DNA from: Bigelowiella natans CCMP2755
Lineage: Eukaryota; Protista; Cercozoa
Length of the DNA: 50,999 nucleotides
Direction of reading: 5' to 3'
NCBI GenBank assembly: GCA_000320545.1
Contig: ADNK01001811.1
Location: 1-50,999, forward strand
Below, one piece after another: positions 50,084 to 50,999 of the stretch (its first letter is position 1; every line of letters starts with the position of its first letter). Below the pieces are notes generated by a model. That model ran no database searches. It had not been told where the DNA came from and saw only the letters and a list, made by a program, of their open reading frames with translations. The position numbers and the translations under genes are program-made.

Positions 50084-50570
50084 AAATGGTTATAGAGCAA
50101 AGGGAGAGCGAGTGATGCAGAAGAGTGATATAGAGTATATATAGCACAAGGAAAAAAAATGCTCCTTTCGCAGAGAGCGAAAGCGCATTTACAATTATTT
50201 GGCCTTCGCGCTCCCACTGCATTATTGCTTGCAGCTGGCATTTTGCAATTATTGGCTGACTTGAGTCTTACAGTATCTTTTCAATATTTCACCGAGACCA
50301 CCATCGCATGTTCCGAGTAGAAGAATCAAATGCGCGCGTCCTCCCCCATCTTCTTCTTCTTCTTCTTCTTCTTCTTCGCCATCGCCATCTATGATGTGTT
50401 ATCACTTTCAGGCTGCGAAAGCAGAGGGAGGAGGAGGAGCTACGGCTGGCGGTGGAAAAGGCTAATGAGGAGGCTAGGAGGAGGGAGACGGTGCGCACAC
50501 ACAAGTTTACTTCGATGATTGAAATATTTATTCCTTGGCCAATTAAACACAATATTATAAATTTTCTATA

Positions 50571-50610
<40 letters not shown>

Positions 50611-50756
50611 CAATATATCACCATCGTCATCATCATCATCGTCATCATCATCATCATAATCCCAATCACCGCTGCCTGCCCCCCGTCATTTCGTGTCGCT
50701 CTCCCAACAATCCAAAGGAGCTGAGAGAAGCAGAGATCAAAAGGGCTCACGAACTT
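46208..50756 (+). CDS. AKAP17A: AKAP17A/SFRS17A (XE7)-like splicing factor, multi-exon, 3' end beyond the window
   Basis: Exons: PSHYEIKEFLE (~46597; cf. iSNWEvmErLk); GKRPDSLLLCGVPRGWL (~48014; cf. GERPDTihl.glP.kWf); DVDVYVQFRSMEGLEKAL (~48949; cf. fEAYVQyreymGFiqAm); RARVDKGGYMALEAIKAR (~49363); then E/R-rich coiled-coil exons (49943, 50412, 50718). Confidence 0.72.
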
Positions 50757-50999
50757 GTAATCCTCCTCCCCCTTCTTAGAAGAACAGAAAAAAACATCGA
50801 CTCTATTCAGCGAGAGTATAATATCTACATATAGTCGGTGGTTCTGCCGCGTAAACGCCGCCAATGGCATCTTGTACGAATTCTCGAGGGGGGGGGGGGG
50901 GGGGGGGGGGGGGTTTACTTTTCCCAACTTTTGAGACCCGGGCGGGGGAGGGGGTTAAAAAAATTTTTAATTTTAAGGGGGGGGGGGGGGGGGGGGGGG

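Noticed and set aside
700-50610. Dinucleotide tracts are strikingly uniform at about 30 nt
   Set aside because: More likely assembler collapse at a k-mer limit than biological length control; raw long reads would be needed.

Overview
Eukaryotic (protist-like, intron-dense, microsatellite-rich) genomic DNA; I cannot identify the organism. By manually splicing GT-AG exons I find six host genes: a 5'-truncated long-chain acyl-CoA synthetase (+, ~333-8823); a gamma-glutamyltranspeptidase with an apparent N-terminal EF-hand extension (+, ~10071-19329); an intronless secreted Asp-box/sialidase-like glycosidase (-, 22088-23263); a polycystin-1-like REJ/GPS membrane protein with tandemly duplicated mucin exons (+, 30875-40377); an unknown protein with a probable C-terminal ubiquitin-like domain (-, ~41826-45750); and a 3'-truncated AKAP17A-like splicing factor (+, 46208-end). 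The main anomaly is two blocks of degenerate repeated/mobile DNA (19212-21234 and 23233-30709) from which the dinucleotide TpA has been almost completely removed. My manual scan finds 2 TpA in ~2.0 kb and none in ~7.5 kb, while the flanking introns are full of (TA)n. Three observations point to a repeat-targeted TpA->TpG/CpA/CpG hypermutation process, roughly the reverse of fungal RIP: paralogous copies differ at TG/CA/CG positions, a TnpB/Fanzor-like remnant carries Cys/His/Arg where conserved Tyr is expected, and the depletion fades into the ends of neighbouring host genes. This is the candidate undescribed system. The enzyme responsible is not encoded in this window.
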